Shown here: positions 52,183 through 64,000 of the stretch, in pieces
Layout: the number at the start of each line of letters is the position of its first letter
Numbering within the stretch: the first letter of the stretch is position 1
Assembly: GCA_043228905.1 (NCBI GenBank)
Contig: JBHGNT010000014.1
Span: forward strand, 1,302,001-1,366,000
Source of the DNA: Azolla caroliniana
Taxonomy: Eukaryota > Plantae > Polypodiophyta
Direction: 5' to 3'
Length of the DNA: 64,000 nt
Notes under the pieces: model-generated
What the model saw: only the letters and a program-made list of their open reading frames with translations
Databases searched by the model: none
Told to the model about the DNA's origin: nothing
Made by a program: the position numbers and the translations under genes

Positions 52183-54957
52183 ATGGAGTATGCGTTCGTG
52201 CATACGAACCCAACGAGCATGGCACAGAACAGGGCAGCCATCATCATCAGCGCGTATGAAGGAAACATATTCGATTGGGGAATCATCACAAGCGAGGGAC
52301 TCCGCGCCGCCTTAGCTTCATTTCAGTCCGGTAAGAAGATGTTGTCTGTTCTTAACCACTTTTTGATGGTTCTATACCCACCCTCTTCTCTTCATTCCCC
52401 TCGCACACTCACGTCCCCACCACCACCACGAAGGTAGAGAGAGAAATTCGTTGCCATCAGCCACGAAGCATGGGAGGAGTCCACATCGCCTTCACCTCCT
52501 ACCGCCGACCAAAACCCCGCATCTGCACCACCAACCACCCAACCCCAACAAAAAAGGGCAGTTTCAGAGACCTGCAAAGAATGGGAGGAGGCGGTAGCCG
52601 CGGAAGACAACACGGCCGATGACGTCACCATTTGACAGCCAACGTCGCGCCCCTCGGTAACGTCCCCAGGGCCTAGCCCACGCCCCAACACACAGCAGTT
52701 TGCACCACCACGACCCCAGAAAAGGAAGCAGGCGGAGGAAATGACACTACCGGCCCCGGAACCCCAAACACAGCCGAGCAAGAGAAGACGGCTTAACCGC
52801 GAGTCCTCGGAAGAACAGAAAGAGCCACAACAGGAGCAAGCCTTAGTTGTCAGACAGAGCAACCTGGCCATCATCCTTGAGGAGGCATCGCTGAACCAGG
52901 GAAAGATCGAGCATGGGCAGACAACGCAGGTCTCGGAGGATGAAGTCCTCGGGTATAAGGACCTCCCCGCGGAGGCTTACGAATTTAGTGCGCTCCTACG
53001 CCTCGGTACGACATTCGAATTGGTCGACTTCCTCTCCAGAGCCCAAGTCGCGGTAGCCGCTCGAATGGCGGAGGAGCACGCCGAAACAAAAATGATTCAA
53101 CGCGCGCTAATCGGGGAAATTGAGCCCTAGCAGGACAGGGCTTTAAAAAAAATCGGGAGGAAGAAGCAGGCAAAACAGGCCGCTCTCCTCATGGGGGTCC
53201 CCGAGTTGAACACGGCCCTTATCGAGGCATATCGGGACCTGGATCGCACTACGCGGGTAGCCAAAGACATGGCCCGAAAGATAAAAATAGCCCAAAAGCA
53301 GGCTAAGATGGCTACAAAATTATGGCAAGCTGCGAACCAGAAGCTGGCAGCCTGGGAGCAAAACCGGCCGGAACAACAACTCTTGAGCCTCCCGGTCACG
53401 ACCACTGAGGCCCTCCCAACGCCTCCACGCATAACAATGATGGATGAAAGCACCATCACCGACTCGGTGCAGGCCAGTACACAAACGGACTCGTTACAAA
53501 TGGTCAATGCCTGCACAACAACTGAGGAGGCCACGGCCATGGAAAAGACCGAGATACCACCCCCTCGTGCACCCAAGGAGGTGGCAACCCAGACAGAACC
53601 CCCGCTCCGGGATTACCGCGCGGAGCTTAAAGAAGAACAACGGCTAACTGAGAGACACGAACGACATCAAGAGGCGATGGCTCGCCTAAAAGAAGAAGCT
53701 TCCAAGCAGATGGCCGAGATGACAGCCCAGGCCGACCAAAGGATACACGAGCAGAACGAAGAACTGAGTCGGGTACAAGCGTAAGCCGCGGGCAAGGAAG
53801 CCGAACTCAAAAGCAAGTTGGAGGAATACGTAGCCACAGTGGTGAAGAAAGAGAAGGAGGTTCTAGACCTACAGGCCGCGCTCGACAATGCGAACGACTG
53901 GAACCATCGGCAGGAGGAAAGAAATCGCCAACGGGAGGAGAGGATGATCGCGGAGAATGCCGAGCTACAGAGTCAGCGTACGACCCTTAAAGAAATGGCT
54001 AACGAGTTTTTCATCAAATGCAAGAGACTTTCGGAGCAAAAAGACGCATTATTGGATTCCTACTTCGCCCTACAAGAAGAGAGAATCGTCGAACAGGAAC
54101 AAATCTGGGCCACGTGTCAAAAAGAACGGGAGCAAGCCATCGAAGAACTCACCAAGTGTTACGATCAAGCTCTCCAGCTCGTAACCGCGGATGCAAAGAA
54201 CACTCAAGCCATTTATGAGCTAAGAACACAGAAGATTCAGGCCGAGGTCAACGGCTTAAAACAGGAATTAGCAGCCATCCGAGCACAACCCGGCATGGAT
54301 GAGACACGCATCAGAATACTGATCGAGAAACAGCGCCAGCACCTTACCAAAAAGGTCGAGGAAACATTAAGTCGCGCAGGAGACGAATGGGCGGCCCAAG
54401 CTGCCGAATTGCATATTTTACGCGCCGACGCCGAGAACCGACGGAAGGAGGGCCGCGGCTTCTACAAAATAGACGAAGCCAGCATACAAAACCTGCATGT
54501 AGATTTAACCGAGGATTATCAGTCCTTGGCAAAATCTCACACCGCAGCAATCGAGCAAATAATGGAGGACTTCAATGACGGTTAGATGTTGTTTTGCCTC
54601 GAAGCAGAAGCCTTCGAACGAGAACGACTCGCAGCCATCCCCACCAGCCCTCCAACGGCCACAGAGCAGAAGGAAGAACCTTCCAGCAAGGAGATCACGG
54701 ACACAGCACAGGAGGAACTTGCCCCGGCCAACAGACATCCCATAGACGCCCACACGGTACCAGATCCAATCGAAGTAGAGGTCAGCGCCCTCGAACCCAC
54801 ACCTCCACCAAAAGAATCGGCCGCACCTAAGGCAGATGTCCGAGAAGATATGACACCCCCGGACCAAACTCAAACCCCCGCACCGACAGTCCAATCAGAC
54901 CACCCTGCCACCACCCCAGACCCCGAAAGCATCCTCGACATCTTAAAAGAGGAATGA
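52183..54957 (+). pseudogene. Accessory ORF downstream of pol in G2
   Basis: Five ORF pieces in one frame, sharing N-terminal and C-terminal motifs with the G1 accessory ORF. Confidence 0.8.
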
Positions 54958-55037
54958 AACGAGGATCACGCCTAAAAAGGCAATTTTTATTAAATCGTTA
55001 GTATTTTGTAAGTTGTGGGTCCGACGGACAAGGTTCT

Positions 55038-55054
55038 GTCCCACGGGCGTGCCA
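55038..55054 (+). other. tRNA-Arg 3'-end copy (second PBS) at the PPT position of G2
   Basis: GTCCCACGGGCGTGCCA-AG-[TGTTGTCC LTR], with no purine tract. Confidence 0.88.
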
Positions 55055-55652
55055 AGTGTTGTCCAGAGGACAGAAATGTAAAATTAGGAAATTAGCAAAC
55101 GCCGAGTCCGAGTATCACGGGCCACCGACGGCTCGGTTGGGTATTAGGGGAAAAGTTATTTAAACGAGGACCAGTATCTCAGAGAAGAGAGAGGAAAAAA
55201 TATAGGCGGAAGCACTAGCTTAGTCCTTCGTAATTAGATAAACTTGTAAGGTCACCGGCCATAGGCCATGTTCTGTAATCTTTTCTGTCATAGTAATATA
55301 TCTTATTTGTGCCCATTTTGCTCCATGAGTCTGTGCTTTGATCCTTACCTATGAGTTCAACGCTGCCCACGTCTATCAAGACCTCGCTAGTGTTTTCTCT
55401 CTGAGCCCTGTATCTCTCTCGACGCCTTTGTTACAAGCCTTCACGTACCACGCCCTTGAAGACCGATAGCCGCAGATCTATCGAAGGTGTTCACCCAAAG
55501 GAACGGGTAACACCAATTAGCCTTAAGCTATCTCATAGAGTCTGTTAGTCATCCGGTACAGAGGTTAAAACTATGAAACCAATACCTTACACACTGGTTG
55601 TCGGCTCCTTGATGTATTTGATGGTCGCAAAACTACTAGACATAGCTCACGT

Positions 55653-58600
55653 TGTTGCGGTATTCTGCGAGTACGTGTAAGATCTTAGGCGGGACCACGA
55701 GGGTCTTGGACTAGGGAGTATAGGGGGAATGGAAACTTAGCTCGCGTGGAGAGGAGAAAGAATAGGACATAAACATAGAATGGATGGAGGCAAGATACAC
55801 AAACGAGTTATATTAGGAAACACCAAATGCTTTACAACCATGGCCTCATAGATTGAACGAAACACTATATGGAACCCTAACTACATAAGTAAAGTAAAGA
55901 AGATGATGAAGAGGAAACCCTAAGCAAAACCCTAAACTTGAAATGTTATGAAGAAGAAGAAGAATAGTAAAACCCTATATGAAACCCTAAACCCGAAATG
56001 GTATGAAGAAGAAGAAGAATAGTAAAACCCTATATGAAACCCTAAAACCAAAATAGAAACCCTCAACCTAAGTGTTATACTTCTCTCACTCAAAATAGGC
56101 AACCCCCCCAAACAAAAACTCACAAGAGACCCTCCCTTCCTTTTATAGCCCAAGGAGGGAGGGACGTTACAATGTGGGATAAATTCTCCCCCTTATTCTA
56201 TACACCATTTTCCTACTATACATGTGCACATGTTGCACATTGCCGACTTGCCCATTCCTTCCCGGTTTCACACCAAAGTCGGAAATCTTCACGACATCCA
56301 CTCCCACCAAACCGCACATCCACCGGTATGTGCAATGAAAGGAAAGGGTGAGAGATTTCGACGACGGTGATCAACCGGGTTCTCCGCCTTGCCAGCTCCT
56401 ACCAACCTCGATCCATCGACTTCAGGGAGCTCGCCTCCGCGGCTATCCTTGTTGACCTTGCTCGACTTTGTCTTCCATTTCGAGCATGATCGTCCCTTCC
56501 ACACGAACCACCGTAGCTTCCCATTTCGCCGTATCCGCTGCACATCCCCGAACCATCGTCTCCATCTGATCCGCCATATCCGACGCTCACACCTTCCCAA
56601 ATCGGTCCTTCCGAATACCGTTGCCGATCCGGTCGCTCCTCCTTCGTTCGTCGGGTATGCCCTCCTATTAGGCCCACGATCACTCCGGTTGTACGCCGGA
56701 TTCCGTGCCCCACATGTCGCATCTGTCCCTCCTTTGGTTTGACCGTATCCTCGTCCCGAGTACCTCAGCACGCCATCTCTCTCCGTTCCGCGCTTGCCTT
56801 TTGTAGGCTCTTCCCGTACGTCGATGTCGTCCTCTGAATACGCGCTCGTTCTTCGGTCCTTAGGTGACCCCATTACGCGCTCCTTGTTTCTCCCTTGCTC
56901 ACCGTGCTCTCTCGTGGTAGAGCGTACCGTCATCCCGACCTTCGTGTCAGGGTCCTTCGCGGCTCTCATTACCACTTCATCCCGACTTGCGCCTTCTTGG
57001 CCGCTTGGCCTTGCCGCATTTTCTCTTCCCGGTGCCTAGCCCTTTGCTCTCCATGCACCATCCTCCGCTCTCGCCGTTTATCCGTTGATCCCGGCAACTC
57101 ACTGCTCCACCTTCCATCCCATGCTTGCCTCTCAAAGGCTCGACCGGACCGCTATTACCGCTCACTCGTTGCCACTCTTACAGGTGCACGCTTGTTTCTT
57201 GGCCCTTCGCCGGCCGTAGTGCATGCTCCGTTTCACGCCCTTTACTCACCGTAGTCCCAACCTCCGCGTCAGCCTCTTCTTCCTTCATCGTCACAGTCCT
57301 TTCCAGCTCCGTTTGGCCCTCTTGGCCCCGCTCGTTTGTCTTTCTGCACCGGATACCCGTTTCAGTAACCTCGTCCGCTTCAGCCTCCGACTGCTCGCCG
57401 CCACCCACCATCTCTCTAGTCTTACGTTGATCCACAACCGCCAAAGTCTCTAGAATAGGTGTGGACGGTTCCTCTTGTTTCCAGTCTTCCACTGGACCGT
57501 AGCCGTCGCACCCGCTTGGCCTCCTTCTCACGCTCACCTGCCCCCACCGCGTGTCATTGCTCGTGTACCTCGACCTCCAATCATTTTGGCATAGCCCTTG
57601 CCCAGATCGGTCTCGGCCGATTGGGTTCCGGTTCGGTCGGCTCTCTTCCATGATCGTAAACGGCCGGTACGGGTTCGACCAAACAATCCCGACCTTGCCG
57701 GCTCTTCTTCGGTTCGGGCCCGGTTGACCGGGCCCCACTCCAATCTTCTTCCGCGTCGTGTCGGATTACTAACCGGTTCCTCTTCTGGTCAGGTCGGTTC
57801 CCGACTCTGTCCTCTTTGCCACTCTCGGCCTCCCTTTCGGTCCTTCCGCACGTGCCTGCTCTGGGCCTTGCATCCTCACGGCCACCACCCATCTCTCCAG
57901 TCTTATGTTGGTACGCAACCGCCGAAGTCTCCGGCCCCGGTGTCGAGGGATCTCTCCTTCGTCCGCTACAATCTTCCTCGTTCTCGTTTCGGTCACCCAC
58001 CTTGACGTCGCCACCGTCCGTCATTCTAGGTTTCACGTCGGCACTCGGGCCGGCCGCCGGAGTCTCTAGAACCGGTGTGGGTAAGGTCCTGGCACCACCA
58101 CTCATCGTGTCCGTAGCCACCTTCATCCGGACGTCGTTGTCTGTGGGTACCCCGTCCCCGATTACGCAAGCCACAATTACACTTGACTCCTCCTCTTCCT
58201 CGTTCTCCTTGTCGTCATTTTGGTTGCCCGCATTGCCGCCGCCACCGTCCGTCACTCTAGGTCTCACGCCGGCACTCGAGCCGACCGCCGGAGTCTCTAG
58301 AACCGGTGTGGGTAAGGTCCCAGCACCGCCGCTCGTCTCCTCCCCGCTTGATGTTTCAGGCCACCGTGTCCCAAATCCTCCGCCCACTTTCGAAGTGGCG
58401 CTGCCCGCTCCGTAGTCAACGGCCTCATCCATGGCCGTCCTTTCACCGTAAGATGAGAGGGTCGCTTGCTCCGCACCCTCTCCCTCGTTACCGTCATACA
58501 CTCTTTCGGCCTCCGCATAGGCCCTGTCCTCCACACGTAGGGAAGCTTCTTCCTCCACATCCTCCGATCCTCTCGGGCCCGACTCCGCAATAGACCCTCC

Positions 58601-59677
58601 TTCGGCTTAGAACTTCGCCTTCACGATCTCATATGCCTCCCATACCAACGCCTCTAGGCTTTACTCCTCTGATCCATCACGCGTCGATCTCTCCTCTAGC
58701 GGTAGTGCGTAGTCACTCACCGCCCTCTCTTCTCCGCCGCTCGTGGGTCGTGTTGTGGCCGACCGCTGGCATACCCATTGTAGTTTCGCGTACCCATACA
58801 CCTCCAATAGAGCTCCCTCAAAGGACTCCCACGAATCGTGAGCTTCTCGAAGCTCCTTGACCTCTCTATGCGTCGATACGGCCGCTACTCGACAAAAATA
58901 ATCTAGCCTCATCGCTTCGTCCACGCCCCTCTTCGTCATCTCGGCATTGTACACTTCTAAAAATCTCGGGACATCGTCCCCGTTGAACCAGCTGACTCGA
59001 TTGACCCGCCTCTTGACAGCTTGTTGAGCCACATCTCGCCTAGTCTTCTTCCGTCTGGCATCCATCACAATCTTTGCCATCATCTCCGCAAAGTTGAAGT
59101 CTTTGTCTTCCATCTCCGTCCTCCCTTGCCGCATTTTCACGTCGGGTTCACAAAAGATGTCGTGGTATTCCATGAGTACATGTAAGATCGTAGGTGGGAT
59201 TGCGGGGGTCTTGGACTAGGGAGTAGAGGGGGAATGGAAGCTTAGCTCGTGAGGAGAGGAGAAAGAATAGGACATAAACATAGAATGGATGGAGGCAAGA
59301 TACACAAACGAGTTATATTAGGAAACACCAAACGCTTTACAACCATGGCTGCATACACCAAACGAAAACATTATATGGAACCCTAACCAAATAAGTAAAG
59401 TAAAGAAGATGATGAAGAGGAAACCCTAAGTGAAACCCGAAACCCGAAACGGTATGAAGAAGAAGAAGAATAGTAAAACCCTATATGAAACACTAAACCC
59501 GAAATGGTATGAAGAAGAAGAAGAATAGTAAAACCCTAGATGAAACCTTAAAACTGAAATAGAAACCCTTGACCTAAGTGGTATACCTTTCTCACTCAAA
59601 ATAGGCAACCCCTCCCCAAAAAAACTCACGAGAGACCCCTCCCTTCATTTTTTAGCCCAAGGAGGGAGGGACGTTAC
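55653..59677 (-). mobile_element. Non-autonomous gag-only element T2 of the Trp-primed clade
   Basis: LTRs 55653-56296 and 59158-59677 (truncated), degenerate Trp PBS (CACGTCGGGTTCAC on +, about 59138-59151), gag-like ORF 58661-59173 similar to T1 gag, no pol, and PPT-like GGTGGGAGTGGA. Confidence 0.85.
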
Positions 59678-59724
59678 AGTGCATGGCCACATCAACAACC
59701 GAGGCCGAATATGTATTCATGTCT

Positions 59725-62700
59725 TGTTGGCATAAAAGGCTAACTCCTTCCAAGTTGTATCCGTTCGTGTGTGAACTCATTAATAAGTTAGGGCTTAGTA
59801 TATAAGAGAATACCTAACATTGTAATGAGTGATGACGAGAAGAGTATTGGATCTCTGAGTGAGAACGAAGTAATAAGAAGCTTTCCATTAAAGCTCGAAG
59901 CTGTCTAAGTCTTCATTCACTGTATTTTCTGTGTTGTTTTCCGAACCTAAGCTGACAGGTTCGCAAACGATTCCGCATACGTATACATATATATATATAT
60001 ATATCAACAATTGGTATCAGAGCGAAGCTTTGCTATTCAGCCGCAACAGACAATAGAAGAAGCTGAAAAAAAAGACCAGGTTAGAAATCTCAAGTTCAAA
60101 AATAGAATTAGGCTTCAACATCCGGAATAAGTGTTGAAATTAGAAAATTCGACGACAAAAACTTTTCCTTGTTGAAGGAGATGATGCAGGATGTGCTGAT
60201 CATTCGGAAATAGGTCAAAGCCATTCGACACAGTGAAAAACCTACGTCAATGACAGCCGAGGAGTGGAGATCAACGGACGAAATCGCACGCTCCACCATT
60301 CGAATGCATCTAGCCGAAAACGTCTATTTCCGTATGGTGAAAGAGATGACAACGTTCTCATTGTGGGAGATGCTACAGGCCGTTTATGAAAAGAAGTCCT
60401 CATCTTCAAAACTTATTTTGATCAAACAATTGTTCAACATGAAGATGAGAGAGACCGATCCGGCAACCTCCCACATCAACACCTTCAGCCAGGTGTTATC
60501 TGAGCTCTCGTCACAAGGGATCCACTTCGAAGAAGAAGTGAAAGCCCTTGCCCTCCTATTGAGCTTGCGGGCGAGTTGGGAGGGTATTCTGTATGACATA
60601 CGCCAATAGCCGACCGATCCTAAACTTGGACGAAACAATGGGCCAAGTCCTCACAGAGGACATCAGGCGAAAATCGATAGGACTTACCATTGATGAGTCG
60701 GCTCAAGCCCATCACTCGACCGAGTCGTTCGACCGACAGAGTTGAACGAAAGAACAAGCTGACAAAACCAGTCGACACTACAGCCGATCGAAAACAAGGG
60801 GAGACCAACAGTGGTCGAAGTCGAAAACGGGTCGATCAAGTGAGTATTGCACACACAGCAGGAAAGTTGGCCACAATGTTTTCGATTGTTGTTCATTAAA
60901 AAGAAAAGAGAGTGGTCGGAGATCCGAGCGGAATCGGGGACGTTCCGACTCAGACCACTCTCCAGTCGGCAATCAGATCAACGTTGCTGACACCCGATCT
61001 AGAGAAATCCTCTCCTTAGAGGGCTCAATGATCAGAGAAGTCCTCTACACTGCACAAGTTGCACACACATGGAAACTAGACCCTAGCGCCACATTTCACA
61101 TGACCCCCAACATTGAATGGTTCTCGAACTATTCAGCCGACCCCAACGGCACAGTCCAACTAGGAAACGGGCAGAAGTGCAAGAAAGCTGGAACCGGGGA
61201 GGTTCCCATCAGATTACCAAATGGCAACACAATAACCCTGCATCGAGTTCGGCATGTACCCGATCTAAAGAGGAGTCTGGTCTCCATCAGCATGTTGGCA
61301 AAAGGCGGGTATCGAACGACTCTACACGAGTCGACATGGGTGATTAGCCGAGGAAACCTCAAAATCGGTAGCAGGCACAAGTATAATAATCTATACCCAT
61401 TGATGGCGATCAACCCTGAAGGGGCCGTGAACATAGCCGAGCAAACCGACCCGAACTTATGGCATGGCCGACTTGGCCACATGTCTCAAGCCGGACTTGA
61501 TCGGCTGATGTCTGTTAGCTACATTCCGAAACTCCAGGCAAAGACAAACTTCTACGAGCATTATCGATATGGCAAAACAGACTCAAAGTCCACACTCTCT
61601 CCACTATGAGATGGTATGACAACCCCTAGAGCTCGTGCACACAGACATATGTGGGCCCATGCCAGAGCGATCACTAGGAGGCTCCCGGTACCTCATCACA
61701 TTCGTAGATGACTGTACACGGAAAGTTTGGGCATACTCCATCAAGTCCAAAGATGAAGCGCTTGAGGTCTTCACTCGATGGATAACTGAAGTGGAGAACC
61801 GGTCAAGATACAGAGTGAAGATTCTTCGATCCAACAACGGAGGTGAGTACACCTCTAGAGCCTTCAAACAGTACCTGTCCGGAAAAGGGATCCGACACCA
61901 AAAGACCGTTCCCTACACACCCATGCAAAATGGAGTGGCAGAACGGTGTCGTGAAGATTTTCGGCAATGGTGTGAAAATCGTGTGGAACAAACAAAATCG
62001 AGAAAGTGTAATGAGCACTCAAAACATTTGTAAATAAAATAAGACTAAAGCCTAGTAACCTTGAGTCCATACAAAGGGGTGCAAGCAAGGCTTGAACCTT
62101 GCACCTCCATGATAAGAGATGAATTAACTTACCACTAAAGCCACTACTAAGTGCTTTAGATTTTGTATATTTTCTTCTCATATTCAATATTTCGTAGGAA
62201 GCAAACATATAAAAACTGTGGGCACAAAACCATGGTTTTAGCCCGTGGTTTTAGCCCATGGTTTCAGCCCATGGTTTTAGCCTGTGGGTTTAGCCTATGG
62301 TTTTTGCATGGAGAGACCTATAAAAGCCTATAGTGGGGCTTGTGTAAGAGACAAGTGATGTAATTAAAAAAGAAACTTTTAATCAAAATCTGAGTTATCC
62401 TAATGGTGACGTATCTTGTCTCGTAAAACTAAAGTCAAGGGTTCAATCTCTAACTCAATCTCTCTCTCTCTCTCTCTTCATCCATCTATCTATCTTCAAT
62501 ACTTTCTCGCTTACACTACTAAAAACTTTGAATCCTTCCGGTCCAGGACCCCGGTGGTCCCACTTCATTTCGCGAACAAGCGAGGATTTCCTCAACAAGG
62601 GATCAATAGGACGATCCAGGAGAGGGTGATGGTAATGCTCCAGCAAGCCGGACTGAAGCTGGAATTCTAGGCCGAGGCATTGCAGACGGCAGTGTACCTG

Positions 62701-64000
62701 ATAAATCTAGCGCTGTCAAGAGCAATCAAGCTCGAAGTGCCACAGGCATTATGGCCAGGCAAACAACCAACCTACGATAGGCTCCGTATATTCGGATGCG
62801 AAGCCTACGCATTCACCTCTATGGACAAAAGGACGAAGTTTCCGCCCCTTGCAACAAAGTGCATATTTCTCGGTTATGGAACCGATGGGGACTTCGACTA
62901 TCGGTTATGGGATCCTGAGAACCGGAAATTGATCTGGAGCAGTGACATAGTCTTCAATGAAGACTCTATCTTCTCTCAGTGGAACCAACAGAAAAAAGTT
63001 GGTAAGAAGGTATCCTTCGAAGATGACAACATTATCGTAGAAGGACCGACACTCCGGGCAGAATCGGAATCTCGACAAACATTCAAACTCCAACAAGCTA
63101 CCAACTTCCCTACCGACACCGAATCAGCGACAAGTCCTATCGTCGAACTCAAAGACAAAGTCATCAAAGACACAACCGAATCGACCAGGATCGATAAAGG
63201 CAAGGTCACCAAGAGATAAGTCAGAAAAGAGTCGACGACAACCACAGGGGAGGACAACCAAACACCGTCGAAATCCCAATATGGGGGCAAGACACTTAAC
63301 AAGACTCCTGATACAGATGGTTCAACTAATATCGATGGACCAACAGAGCTAATTGAAGGATCCGAACCAAACATCTCGGCACACATAAGATCTAGACGAG
63401 CTCAAAGGAGAATAGAGTTCTACCAACCAGGACTTGACTACGTCAACTACATGGATGCAGGTGAACCAAGCACCTATGAAGAAGCTATGGCCACATCGGA
63501 TGCCGAAACATGGCTACAAGTCATGAAATCCGAAATGAACTCGATTCATCTGAATCAAACATGGGAGCTGGTCGAACTACCTGTTGGATGGAAGCCGCTA
63601 CCTTGGAAATGGGTTTTCCGATACAAGTATGTATCCGACTCAGAGAAACCCAAGTACAAAGCTCGACTTGTCGCGAAAGGATTCAAATAGGAATACGGAG
63701 TCGACTACCACAAGATATTCTCACTAGTAGTTAAGATGACCAAAGTCATGGCGACAGAAGATCTAGAGCTCGAGCAGATGGATGTAAATACAACATTCCT
63801 ACACGGAGATCTGGAAGAAGACATATACATGTCTCAACCAGCAGGCTTCACAACGACGGGGGAGGACAATCACCTCGTATGTTGCCTAAAGAAAAGTCTA
63901 TATGGCCTAAAACAAGCATCGAGAATGTGGTACCAGAAGTTTGACTCCTACATGCGGCAGCTTGGATAGAATAGATCAGACTCCGACCCATGCATATATG
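59725..64000 (+). mobile_element. Ty1/copia element F, degenerate, continues beyond window
   Basis: LTR 59725-60009 (TGTTG...CAACA), PBS TGGTATCAGAGC at 60012-60023, gag 60250-60609, PR/IN 61028-63219 and RT from about 63450. Confidence 0.92.
61947..62597 (+). mobile_element. Solo LTR, TGTCGTGAAG clade, with a 13-bp tandem repeat
   Basis: TGTCG...CAACA termini, flanks ACGG/AGGG. Removal restores copia IN GVAER|INRTI. About six GCCCATGGTTTTA units at 62229-62305. Confidence 0.88.

Larger units (their letters stand above)
38333..55512 (+). mobile_element. Full-length non-chromovirus Ty3/gypsy element G2 with accessory ORF and three nested insertions
   Basis: 456-bp LTRs at 38333-38788 and 55057-55512 (about 12 substitutions by eye), TSD CCAAT, PBS TGGCACGCCCGG at 38794-38805. 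Contains gag with three CCHC knuckles, protease IIDGGSG, RT FLDD, RH and IN. Confidence 0.96.
38180..59724 (+). mobile_element. Fragments of an older copia E RT/RH (38180-38332, 55513-55652, 59678-59724) hosting later insertions
   Basis: LFLSQ...ERFNMQSTKSASTSLPI continues across G2 into PYTLVVGSLMYLMV, then ATSTTEAEY after a deletion. Confidence 0.8.

Noticed and set aside
55905-56070. Telomere-like AAACCCTAA motifs
   Set aside because: Scattered within an LTR and repeated in its sister LTR. Not a telomeric array.

Overview
Land-plant nuclear DNA, probably from a non-seed plant such as a fern or lycophyte (inferred only from the transposon types). About 90% of the window is nested transposable elements around one intact host gene, a six-exon 4-coumarate:CoA ligase-like acyl-CoA synthetase ending in the peroxisomal signal SRL (12483-14844, +). 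The repeats are six Ty1/copia copies or fragments, two non-chromovirus Ty3/gypsy elements with a long accessory ORF, and a tRNA-Trp-primed gypsy clade (one near-complete copy, one gag-only copy, three solo LTRs). There are also RTEX-like LINEs in GA microsatellites, a Mutator-type MITE and a CAGT-ended Tc1/mariner element. The main observation is that both accessory-ORF gypsy elements lack a polypurine tract. In its place each carries a sense copy of a tRNA-Arg 3' end (TCCCACGGGCGTGCCA) 2 nt before the 3' LTR, giving an inward-facing primer-binding site at each LTR and suggesting tRNA-primed plus-strand synthesis. One of the two integrated with unrelated LTRs but a perfect TSD. The Trp-primed clade makes 4-bp TSDs centred on CpG. 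All coordinates were read by eye and no database searches were run.
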